NCBI GenBank assembly: GCA_002269645.1
Contig: NIVC01004090.1
Location: 1 to 60,945 of the forward strand
From: Macrostomum lignano
Taxonomy: Eukaryota
DNA: 60,945 bases
Reading direction: 5' to 3'
This document shows positions 49,495 to 60,945 of this stretch, in pieces. The position numbers and the translations under genes were made by a program. The stretch's first letter is position 1; each line of letters begins with the position of its first letter. The notes under the pieces are model-generated. The model did no database searches. It was not told the origin of the DNA and was given only the letters and a program-made list of their open reading frames with translations.

Positions 49495-52008
49495 CTACAC
49501 GGCTGTCCCGTCAAATTCATCATCAGAGTCTTCTGATGATCCTCTGTCTTCGATTTCGCGCTGCTTCTCCCTGAAATACGCAGCTGCTGATTCGACGTCC
49601 TGAACGATTGCCCATCGTGGCGATCCGCTGTGAGACTCCGCTCGGCCCAGAGTCTGTAGCAGCCTCTCCAGCACCGGCTGCGCATTCTCTGCGTGCGTTG
49701 GCGGCTGATAAATTAGCAGCGAGAATCGGGCACTCTCCATGCGCCACGCGTCTAGACCGACTCGCGCGACAGCAGTTTCTTGATCTGCTTCATCGTCATC
49801 CACCTTATCGACTGCCTGCAGAGCCTTCTCGATTCCCAGCAGCAGGAATGTCCTTGCTGCTGCTAGGCTGTCCCGCTGCAGGGCTCTCCGCAGCGAGCGT
49901 TCGCTGATGCGGTGCCCTTCGAGCAGCAGCAGCCGAAGGCCAGGCAGCGCCAGGCCGGCCAGCTGGCCGCTCACAGCTGCGACTTCGGCGTCCAAACTGA
50001 CGATTAAAATCTTTGGCGTTGAAATCCGACGGGCGAATGGTCGCCCGTAGGCCACGAGGATCAGCAGAAGGACGGCTGTGGAACAGCAACGGAAATCACA
50101 GATTAGTGCTATTGAAGCTGGTGGAACTGCAAATACTAAAGACGCACCGACAGATGCCAGAGCACAAATCAAAGCCCAATCCTGCTCGGCGGGGGCAGCA
50201 TATGCGGTGGGTTTAAACGCAATTTGGTACCTAAAACATGAGTTGGATACAGGTGTACATCGAGCGTGTGCATACAGAGCTACAAGTGGGAGATCAGATA
50301 CAGAAGAGCAAGTTGGTGTTCGAACCTAACTTATAGCAGGAGCACCTGGATCCTGCAGGTGGATGACAGTCGATCTGAAAGGGCATACAAAAGAGTGATG
50401 CGAACTCGGGCCTGGAAATATATTAATTTAGACTTGCCTGATTTACCTGGACTCTGCCCTGGATCGGTTTCATGCCATATTTCATGTTGACCCTCTGTGC
50501 CAGCTGATTAGCCAAGTCTTCAGCAGCAAATGAGACCTGCTCAGAATTTGCAGTTCTAACGTACTGGCCGGTCTGTAGTTTGTATGTAATAAGAATCAGT
50601 GGCGAAGGTAATCTCATTGGGTTTGGATAGTTTGAGTTTGGACTTTTGACAGTTTGAGTTTCGATTCTAGGCCTAATTAAACAAGCGCCCGTCAACAGCG
50701 AGACTTTTTAGCCAGTTTGAAACAGCTGAAGTTCAGGTACGTAATTGGCGCAGAAGTCTTATTGTGATGGGACATTGTCACATTACGTTTATCCCCTCAA
50801 GATCTGCAAATGTTGGAACTTGGATGGGATATCTTGGCGCCGTCATACCAGTTGACGGCTGGTACAAGTTATCAGTTTTAAAGGCCTGAAGATCGATTTC
50901 AAGGCTTAATTTGACCTTCCTGTTTGCATTATATATCTTTGATACGCATAACAATGTTATAACTATACGAGCAGATGTAGTAGTTACGACTAGCGCTTAA
51001 CTGGTCATCTCTAGAAGTTCATGCAGATGCTCACCTTGTTCAGCGAGTTGAGAACTAGGCGGGTTGACCCCTCAAACAGCAGCAACATGTTGCTGGGCTG
51101 CGGCGCGCAAAGTGAGAAGACCAACGACTCCAGGCTGCCGTCGGGCTCGAGTTGCCGGCTTATCGTCTCCACTGTTTCGCAACCGTCTGAAAAAAATCAC
51201 GTGCACCAAAACAGCTATCATACGTCTAAACAGAACAAGCTGTATATACTTAAACTTTTTGGCTCAAAGTACATTGTAGCTTAATAAACGCCAACGTGCG
51301 CAAACAGTCCTGCCTGAGACACCGCACTCTGGAGTGCATGGTCTTTGGATTCACGCACTTTTTGCCCATTTCCTGCCCGCGTGTACATGTACATGCAGGC
51401 GGCTTCGTGGAAGGGGTTACCCAAAACCCCTTCAACCCGTTTACTTATAAATCCTCATATGCAGTCCTGTTTAGCTCACCATCGCGCATGCGCATGGCCA
51501 CGCTGATTTCCTGGCGAAATCCCGAGCCGCTCAGAGTCAGCCCAATCGTCTGATGCGTGTTATCGCGCGGACAGGACCAATTCCCAGTCATCAGCAGCGC
51601 TGGCACTTCCGCCCGTTGAAAGACCTTTAACAGCACGCAATTGTCTTCCGTTAAGTGGTGGAGAACCCCATCGGCCCAGCCAACGGTTGGCCGCTCCACA
51701 GACTCCCTCATCCGATTTCGAAGGCAGATTTCTACACTGGTCGAGTTGCTGAACAGCTTTGGCCAAACGGGTAACTGCAGGTTCCAAGTGCCTGAGCCAT
51801 CGGAACATTTTGTTGCTTGGATTTGAGCTATCTGGGTGGGAAAATCAGAGCAATTTCTAGCACGCTAGTCATAACTGACCCCTACGCAACAGGTAAATTT
51901 CTCAGACAGACTTACTTCGGCAGATGCTTTGGAGCAGAACCGAAGAATCAGAAGCAGCTGCGGAAGCAATCGCAGAATCTGCAGCTGTAGCGAAGCAAAT
52001 CGAGACAT
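49495..52008 (-). CDS. Type-I membrane protein with a SEFIR/TIR-like cytoplasmic region; tentative model join(52008-51916, 51831-51480, 51186-51035, 50885-50787, 50572-50447, 50374-50346, 50230-49495), ~528 aa
   Basis: Signal peptide MSRFASLQLQILRLLPQLLLILRFCSKASA; phase-consistent exons; TM WALICALASVGASLVFAVPPASIALIC; then KILIVSLD...LLLLEGHRISE...FLLLG. Middle exons are less certain. Confidence 0.55.
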
Positions 52009-53599
52009 GGATGGGTCACAAGCGAGCCGAGCTGGTTGCTGGTTGCTTTATTACTGGGCCAGGGCGACCAGACTGGTGGAGCTTTTAAGCTTTACACGCG
52101 TTCGGGCGCTCGGCCACACCGCATAGCTGAGACAGACTGCCGTCCAATGCTCAGGTGGGAGGGCAGGCCCAAAGCCACGCAGCGAGTGCGCGCACTTGCG
52201 AGTTGATCAAATCTTATCAGTGTTGACTCTCGGTTTAGCGATAGCTCTGCCGCGTTTCGTGCGGCCTCTCCCAGGCGGCTCGGCAAGCTCGCCTCTTTAC
52301 CCAAAGCATTTTCTGTCTGAAGCTTTTGCCCACTTCCCCAGCAAGCCAGCTCTTTCAGTCAATCAGTGTGAGCCATGCAGATCATGTGCCAGCTACAAGG
52401 ACGAGATTCTGATCAGGGAGTCCTAGAGAGAATGTGGGCGGCGACGGGCTTTGACTTATAAGCTACTTATATACAAAGTTATCTGACATGCATACACAAA
52501 ATTTTACACAAAATCATATTGCACTTGGAGTTTTTTCTACCTTGATTATTTCTCAGAATTTCAACTTTCAAGGTCTGCATTAAAAGCTTCTATTTTTCTT
52601 GCCATACTTTTTCATCGTTATATAAAATAATTCCTTGTTTAGAATAATGCATGAGAACAACTTTTCGTTCCCGAGTGCAGATTTTGTTAAAACGGCTGGA
52701 TCATGTCGGCCCAGTCCAGATCTCTTACTTAAGGCATTCCTGTTTCGATGCCTAATATGGTTGGTTGAATCATACACGACCAGGATCTTAGTGGTCCTGG
52801 TTGGAAACTATATCTGCATGACTCACTGAGCTCAATTACTGTATAACAAACTGACACTGTAAATTTACGGCGCTCGCTTCTTATAAACTGCTCACAATTC
52901 GTAATGACGCTTAAAATTAATTAAATTGATAAGAATAAGCTATGAGACAGATATTCAGATATGACAGGTTGCACATAACTGTGCTGCATTCTGCGGTGAC
53001 GTGCGGTGCTGATAATGTGAGAGCTGTTTTTATACTTGAGCGTTCACTTGTAATAGAACGTAGTCAGTAAGTTCGCTGAAGTAGTTTTATATTTGAAAAT
53101 TATTTGTATTGCTGTTCAGTGCTTCCATGTCACTATGCAAATAAACTTCATATTTTCTTGTATTTCGTAGGTTACTGCTTCTGTAGTTCTTGAGACTAAA
53201 GCTTTCAAAAGCAGGTCCTGCTTGCAACTGTTTTCTAGCTCAGTCTCACTATCACGATTTTCATCAACCTAAAGTACATGCCCCTTCGATCCAATACTCG
53301 AACCTTTAGGATTTTAAGCTCGCTCGCGCTTGCACCAAATTTTCTAGTTTGCAAGATGACTTCTGCGTGGGGAACGGTTATGCCGCGAGGCCCCGATCGC
53401 ATCCCAAGGTAAAAGTAACCAAGGTTTAACCTTGGGGGTGCACCCAGCCCCCGCAAGTAGCCGACAGGTTCGCAGGAGAGGCATCGGCGACCCTCTTCCG
53501 GCCGGTATCTTGGACGAAAGCGCGAAGATCACGTTGTCCGGGTCAGCTCGTCCATCCGCTGGGGGTGGCCGCGAGGTGTTTGTGCCCCGCAAGGAAGGC

Positions 53600-54050
53600 G
53601 GTTAGCAACGAGAATTATCTGCTGGAAGAATCCATGGCCAGTTAGGACCATGCACATCTCCCTGAGGTCGGTTTTTAAGTGAGATCAGATATTTAAAACA
53701 TTCCTGTTCAGATGAGGCATTGCAAAACGAGTCTGCCTGTAGTCGGTGCAACTGTTCAGTGCAGCTTCTGTTATTGGTGGAGCCACCTGTATGCCGGGTG
53801 ATTTGCGACCTAGGCATGGGTAGCCTCACCAGACGGTGGTTTCCGTCTCGGCTGCTGCTTCCTTGGCGATAAAATCCGCGAGCTCATTGCCCAGGATATT
53901 GCTGTGATCGGGGTCCAGATGATTACTCCCGTTAAGGACTGAGATTTTCTTGGTTATGTTTGCTTCATGCCAATTCTTTGGGCTGAAAAATTGCAAGCAT
54001 GCAAGCGGAAAACCTGCACTCTGCTTGCCATGTTCAGCACTCAAACCACC
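53600..54050 (-). mobile_element. Decayed non-LTR retrotransposon RNase H region
   Basis: HLDPDHSNILGNELADFIAKEAA resembles the RT-associated RNase H motif WVPGH.GI.GNE.AD.LAK; surrounding frames are disrupted. Confidence 0.4.
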
Positions 54051-54691
54051 GGGGCGTAAGTCTTGCCTGTTTGCCTGCCGATTGCCGCAGATTTGCGCCG
54101 ATTTCTTTCAGCTTGATCAACGAGGCGATAAGCTTCGATGCTGAGACTGGCTGCTCACGCCAGTATACATGTCCATGCAAGCCACACGGGGCGCTCTACT
54201 AGCTCTCTGGGAGGCATTCTTGAAATGAAGAGCTCTGCGAGTAGCAGATTCAGCAGTAGGCCGGACTCGAATCCAGGAGGCGTACCCGACTTTAACTGGC
54301 TTCATCAGCAGATGGTAATGGCAGTTGATAATCGCTTTTGTAATCCGGTTGAGTATTCAAGTCACTCCAAACTACCACTGACCCGAGGTATCCCAAAACC
54401 TCACCCGATCCTGAACTTCCTCAGGCGTTGCTGGCAGTCGCGAATCGGCAGTTGCTGTCCAGGCTGGCCCGATGCAGCGCACTGACTGCCCAGATTCTCA
54501 TCGAGCAGCAGCGGCTATGCAACAGCACTGGGAACAAACCAGACCTTGGAAAATGCGACAAAGCGATTGACAATGCATCTGGTCTTCACTGGGCTGTGCC
54601 GGTCATAGCAGTGGCTTTGGATATGCCACCAGGAGGTCCGCAGTTGGAGCTGCCCTGCTGCACCAGGCCCACGGACAGTTAAATGACAGGA

Positions 54692-55300
54692 TGTCTATGG
54701 TGGCCGATTTTTCTTACCAAAACAAGAATTCAACGGCTCCTGGTTGAGATTATCATAAATCAGTTTAGAGATATGTAAACTACTTTAATTTTGCGGGATG
54801 TATTCAGATAAATCCCGGAGCCAAACTTGTATGTCTATGGTTGAAGTTGGGGATGGGGGTGTGGGGGCGAAGCCCCCACATTCTTACCATAGACAAAATT
54901 TCATTAAGAAATTTCTCGAGTCACGAAGGAAGAGAAGAGAGAAGCTCGCTTATTTAGATACATACAATAATCCTTGCAATATGTCCGGGAAAGTGATCGA
55001 TTAAATCCCGCAAAATAAAATCTATGTCAATAACCTCCCTGAAAGTGAGCTTTAAAGTGGTTTAATTGCCTTTTACTCACGTTCCATCCACAAAAATGCT
55101 ACATAGAAGGTCTGCAGAAGAAGAAGGACTCTACTTTTTGGCCATAGACATTAAGTTTCAGCTCAAAATGCTTGCTCGCTTGCTTTAAAGATTTTTAATT
55201 TTGCTAATTGAATTTGTTTTCTCTTCTGCTATGCGTTTCAAATGCAAGCTAATTTTTTAACTGCACCCGCTAAAACTCAATGGCCAAAAAGTAGAGTCCC
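54692..55300. repeat. Nested short inverted repeats (ATGTCTATGG/CCATAGACAT, TTTTGCGGGAT/ATCCCGCAAAA, GGACTCTACTTTTTGGCCA/TGGCCAAAAAGTAGAGTCC): MITE-like debris
   Basis: Inverted motif pairs directly visible; element boundaries not resolved. Confidence 0.45.
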
Positions 55301-57799
55301 GGAAGGAACGATTGACACTATTGAACGATAGACTATTGACATTCTATGCATATTCGATATTCTCTGGTCGGTGTATCAAATTTAAATTCTTTGAATGTTT
55401 CAACTCCAAAATGCGTCTGAAAGACTTTTTTGTCATTTATGCGGTGCAATGTCCCAATCCAATGTCCCAATAAGTAGGCCTATTTGGCATGCAAACAATG
55501 CAGAAATGCTTGATTTGTTGGTTGCTGCTTCTATAGATAAATGCATACGAGCTACATACTGCCAGAATTGTTTACCCAAGGACTACTCAAGTTTCACTGC
55601 AGTTTACAGAAGTAATTTTATATTCGGGATCGTTCATTATACTCGTACAGTATGATGAATTTCTAGCTGCATGGTTTGAATGTCATATGCGAGTATAACC
55701 GCAAAAACTAACATGCAAATACATGAAACTGGTCTTCATGAAAGTAGCAATGGCTCTATTTTAGTTGTTTGATGGGTTCAGAATATCAATTAATAACATA
55801 TGCTCTGGCCTCCAACAGCTCCTGCCATGCAGATGTCAGCTTATAATGTAGCGAAGATATGGCAATTCAAGCAGCTGGACCGATCCTATACATGTATTAG
55901 CTGAAGAGAATTGACAGCGAGACCAGCAGGGAGAACTAAAAACGACAGAAATCGGCTAATTCGGAGATTAGGCTAATCTGCCGCCTGCAGCAACCCGTGC
56001 GAACTGGCTCACCAAACCGGCTCTTTCGAAATCGGGTTAAGGGCTCTGTACTGACCTGTCATCCAGGGTCTTTGCTGTCAATCTCGAAGTCATAGCCGAT
56101 AAAAGTGACGCGTTGCTGGGACTGAATCCGTTGACCACGGAGGGACAGAGAGGACTTTGTCGCAAGAGGTTCTTGCTCTGCTGGCGAGCTTTCTACGCTC
56201 GTAGAAATCATATCGCTTTGAAGTGTATTGTATGTCTTTACTGAATTCTATGAATTAAGCACTCTTCTCGGCGAATCAGGTGTTAATTAGCTAAAGCTCT
56301 TCTCGTAGCGCTGATATAGTATTATCAGAGTCTCGAGGCCAAAGCTATAATGCAATCAAAAGTATAACTCGCATCCGGCTGCAGCTAAGATTCGTTCACA
56401 CATGTACACAAATGAAAGTTGAGATTATTCGGAAAAGTGCACCCATCATTTTTAGTTGTTTTGGCTCAGATGCTGCCAGAGAGCAACCAGCAATTTGCCA
56501 GGCTGTCGGCCAGCTCATTGCCGAGGTACCCTGTGTGTCCATGCAGCTCGACTGCTTCCCCAAGTTCACCAAATCAAGGACTGTGCGCTCTAGTAGGGCG
56601 TGCGGATATGCTGTAGTCGCAGCATATGCGGATATGCTGCGTTCTTTGATCAAGCAGTTCCGGGAGGAGTACTATCATCGGGTACGGCACGTGTTGCTAA
56701 CGGATCTTTTGTGCTAACCTTGCATGGTCTTCTAACAGCGAGCTTTCAGGCGAGGCCCTAGTTGTTGGGGCATTCCTGTACAACACGCCCAATAGCTTGT
56801 TAAAACTCGCCGGCTCACACAACCTTTAGGATCGTTACCCAAAATGCATCACCTGATTGCAAAACGAAAAACTATATGTACAGTATGCGGTACGCAAATC
56901 AAATGCAGAGAAGTGAAAGTCCGATGAAGATCTCGCGGAGCAGGGGGGAGCAATTAATGTATAGTAGTTTCAGCGCGGCTATAGCGACTACCTCGGCTGC
57001 ATGTGTAGCCTGCAAAGCTCACACAAGGACCACAAGCAAAAAGGATCAGCACCAGTTTCAAAGACGAACAGCTCGCAGTCGAAAACGAGCTGTACTTGAT
57101 CTTGCTTGCTGAACAGACGTACGGAGGCACGCACCTACACGTACGATTTCCCTGAAAACTCAATTATTTTAAGGTTCAGTCGAGTACATAAGTGAAGGCA
57201 AATAGTTCGGGTCCCTCGATTCGTTTCAGTTTTTTGTCTCAGCCCATAGGTAATATTATATTGTGTTAGCTAAATGACAATGGAGACTGGTCATTGATTT
57301 CACTTTTCATTTTAAAAAGCAAAGTTTCATATTCAAGAAGCGAAGCTAAAAATCGTGCGTGGTAAAATTTTTGTTAAAGAATAATTTAAGGCAAGAGGAA
57401 TAACGAGTATGCTATGATTAATACTAACAGTTTTTTTTCATATTATTATTCTGGTTTTGGCTTAAACGCTTTGCTAGAGCCTACATGTACCAGTTGATGT
57501 ACATCACACATGCACTCAGACACTAATTTATTGTTTAAAATTAAGATAATATAATAAGTTGCAAATGGTAAAAATTATAAACATAAAATAACCAGTAAAT
57601 TAGTGCATAATTACCAGTACATCCAGTAGTACTATTAGTTAGATTGTAATTAATATTTTACTTAGGCCTAAGAGTAACATTTGTGTCATGATTATGCTAT
57701 AAATTGTAGATTATCATAGAATAATAACAGTATAACACTAGACCTATAAATATTGATTTAAAAACAGTGCTAGGTAGGTAGGGCTGGGGCCTAGGTAGG

Positions 57800-57994
57800 C
57801 AGTGGCACAACTAGAAATTTGTTGAGGGGGTGGATTCTGGAGGGTAAAAGACCCAAGTGGGGGGGGCAGAGAGGATAGCTTTGTAGGGCCTATTTTTGGC
57901 AAAAATCCACTTAGTCCCCTTGTGACTTAAATCTGGCTAAAAAGGGATAAGGGTACCAATCCTACTACTCCCACCCCCACTAATTGCACCACTA
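57800..57994 (+). mobile_element. Old ~195-bp hAT-like MITE (CAGTGGCACAACTAG...CTAATTGCACCACTA)
   Basis: Diverged 15-bp TIR; body similar to copies at ~31115-31239 and ~31577-31700; no TSD left. Confidence 0.5.
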
Positions 57995-59859
57995 GGCCTA
58001 TGTAGACCTTACTTACTTGCATTGCAAGTCTTCAGTTGCTAGGCCTATTCAATTGACTTATTTATTATAGCTAGACTAGGCTTAGGCTTAGCCTAGGCAT
58101 AGCCATTTGGCATTTGGCAGTTGTTTATGTAACAGGGGTATTTCTTCTTACTTTATAGGCCTATTTCAATAGTTAAGCCAAGTTAAGTTTCTCTCTCTCT
58201 CTTCAGTCTCTAGGGAGTTACCTGGACTGGAATAGAGGGTCTTAGCAATTATTCTCTGAATTTCTTTTGTATATTTCCCTAATCCCTTTTCTTAGTAAGT
58301 TTCTAGGTACTTCAACTTTTTAGTTTTGTAAATAACTAACTTGATAAGAATTCAAGAATAAGTCTATGGATTTAGTGAATGAACAAGCTAGAAGCATATA
58401 GCCTGATAGCCAGCAAGCTAGTTGGTTTATTTGGGAGCAAAATGACTTGTATATGTAGGGTTTGGGGGGCTACGTTTATAACAAAATATATTTATTGGTA
58501 ATATTTCGCTTAGTAAAACAAAAGACTAAATTTTTTTCTAGTTTGCGCGCGAATTCAACATAGCTATTAATTGACTATTTTACTTGTATAAATCACAATA
58601 TAACTGCAATATCATTGTAGATATTTATTAGGCACATAGAAATACTAAAAACTTATAAGAAGTATAGGCTAGCACATGTATTAATATTATATATCTATAA
58701 TTCGTAACCCTAAGGCTTAGTAGGCCTAATGCAAAATATTTGCTTGAATTATAATAATAAGATTGATTGACTAGGCCTATCTATAATAGAATATGATTAG
58801 GCCTATTATAGGCTTATAGATAATGATAAGTCTAGGCCTATGGCTATAATACTCGTAATACTTCATATATATACTATAAAAATAGGTATTATCCTACTAG
58901 AGCAAAAGTATACTTTTTGAATTACTATTAGCTATTTGAATTATTTTAGGCCTAGTTTAGCTTTCAGCTTTCTGTTTACAAATATCAAATTTTGCCATTT
59001 TTCAGCAGTTTGATATTTGTTTTTTATATATTTTAATTAACCTAGACTAGGGTATTAAGCTTTTAGCCTAATAATAGAATATAATTAAAAAAACACTGAT
59101 AGTATAATGTTTAACTTAGCTAAAATAACATAGGGGGCCTACTAGGCTTAGTCCAACTAGGTATCTTTAGACTAAGGATCTATTTTTTGTATTCCACTTT
59201 AAATACAAATTTTGCAATTTACATTTAAATTTTGTAACTTTGAAGAAAAAGTTGAATAAAAAAGTAATTTTTCTTTTTAAGAATTTAACTAGTAGATAAA
59301 TAAATAAATAACTTTTGATTTCATATGATTTTTTATATTGGGATTCTACTTGTAATTTTTGCCAAAGCCTTAAGATTTTTGGATTATAGCATTAGGAATA
59401 AGACTAAGATCTTTATAAGTATTATAGTTAGAATTAGGATTAAGTCTAATAATAAAAAATGGCTCAATATACATTAGAGAAAATGGAAGATGATTTTTGT
59501 ACCATTTATTTATATACTATTTATTGCCATTATTTATAATATATACCATCGTTTACTATTTATCTACTATATGCAAACAATTAAGTCAGACTTATTTTAC
59601 AAAAAAATAATTTACAAAAGTTTACAAAATTATTATTTGACCCTAGCCCAAATAATTATAATATAATAATAATTGATTACACCTGTCCTAATGTGCAGAT
59701 ATGCAACTAACAGCTTAGTTGCTGCTATTGTATAGCACATCTAAAGGTTGCATATAGCTATTTAGTCCAAAGGGATTGCCAGACCCACCTTCAAATTCCC
59801 TGGCTAATGCTAGTACCCATTTTATATCTATGTAGACTGGAATAAAGTGTCTTGCTTAA

Positions 59860-60945
59860 CCCTATCGAACCCGATGGTACGCATAGCATACCATGGCTCA
59901 CAGCTTTGCCCGCTTGCTATCATAGACAACTTTTTTTAAACCTGCAGAAGTCTTAAGATGCAAGAACACAGTCTTACAAGTGACAAATGGTATGCCATGC
60001 ATGCCATGATTAGAGATGCAATTACTTTGTGGCTTTCAAAAGTTTTTTTTAAATATTTTAATGGTTAGGTACTATAAAAATAAACTAATTTATTGAACAA
60101 TTTCTCAATAACTTCTTGCAATAAAAACTGGAACAAAGAAAGGCATATCATGTGAATCGTATAGTCTAGAAAAGTATAAAACACAAGAAAGATTTTTTGA
60201 AGGAGGTATGGAGGAAAAAACTGATATTTGAAGTTTTTAAGCACTTGTTTTCTGTGTTTCAATCCCATACAAGCTACCTGGAACTCACAAGAACTTGTAA
60301 TTTTTTTAGATAACTAAATTGTCTGATGTCGTTCATTGCTAATACAAATTTACAACTTTTTACAATATCTATTCCACAGCTGACATTAGAACAAAAATAA
60401 TAAACAACGATACATACTCAAGTTTCGTACATTGCACAGGATAAGTTGCACAAACTTGTGTAAGCTCTAAACGCTGACTGAGGAGTCACACGAACCAGGG
60501 ACTGCACTTAAGCGTGCCACTGCTTGAAGCAGTCTCCAATGCACAGTCCGGCTGATTCACACAACCCTTGCAGACGGTCACTGTGCGCTTTGATACTCCA
60601 TTTCTGTAGCAGGCGGCAACAGCGCTTAGACGGACGTGGATTTCCCTGGGTAGGTGGGAGCTTCGAAGGAAAGTGTCCGTCACCAGCGTGTGTAGCAGGC
60701 GTCGTCCACATGCACCGCAGCTTCCCAGTGCCCGTGCTCCTCATTAGCCAAGTGATGCAGGTTCCAAAAATCGCAAGAAAAGGCCGGGATCCACCTGAAA
60801 TTCAGTAGGCAACCCAGGAATTGTGCACTAGTTGAAACATCAGATGGAGCGCTAACTTTTGATGCTATTGGTATGTCTTCCTGTTAGGGTGGTACAGTTG
60901 GAGACACAAGTCCAGTCTATCGACTCCTCCTATGAATTTGGTGTA
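59860..60945 (-). mobile_element. piggyBac element 3' end (continues beyond the window)
   Basis: TTAA at 59856-59859 followed by CCCTATCGAACCC and a subterminal TGGTA...TACCA palindrome; transposase remnant upstream. Confidence 0.8.
60508..60945 (-). pseudogene. piggyBac (PGBD-type) transposase C-terminus, with stops and compensating frameshifts
   Basis: YTKFIGGVDRLD...RKTYQ*HQKLALHL...HNSWVAY*; reconstructed Cys-rich tail HFP...KRC.ACYRNGVSKRTVTVCKGCVNQPGLCIGDCFKQWH. Confidence 0.82.

Overview
Eukaryotic (metazoan) genomic DNA. The GC-rich exons and minisatellite-filled introns resemble the flatworm Macrostomum; this is an inference and cannot be confirmed here. Three conserved host genes splice together with consistent phases and no internal stops: ABCC10/MRP7-like ABC transporter (minus, 13 exons, 20753..5692, 1640 aa, one GC-AG intron), GGPS1 geranylgeranyl diphosphate synthase (minus, 4 exons, 25084..22286, 305 aa) and CRIPT (plus, 4 exons, 38618..41753, 100 aa). 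Between the divergent GGPS1 and CRIPT lie a near-intact mariner (25733..26985, one nonsense codon), LINE and Penelope relics, and a complete 8.47-kb CMC/EnSpm (CACTA-type) transposon (29849..38319) with a transposase broken by a 7-bp duplication and a divergent spliced accessory gene. The right half holds an internally deleted hAT element with an 8-bp TSD, two convergent orphan genes (a secreted Ig-like glycoprotein and a type-I membrane protein with a SEFIR/IL-17-receptor-like tail), an RNase H relic, MITEs and the 3' end of a decayed piggyBac. The most unusual pattern is that nearly every intron over 100 bp in the host genes carries its own minisatellite. In two introns the repeat unit is a copy of the exon end plus the splice donor, and in GGPS1 this gives a run of CAG|GTG junctions ahead of an 83-bp residual intron. 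All gene models were derived by hand, without RNA evidence or database searches.
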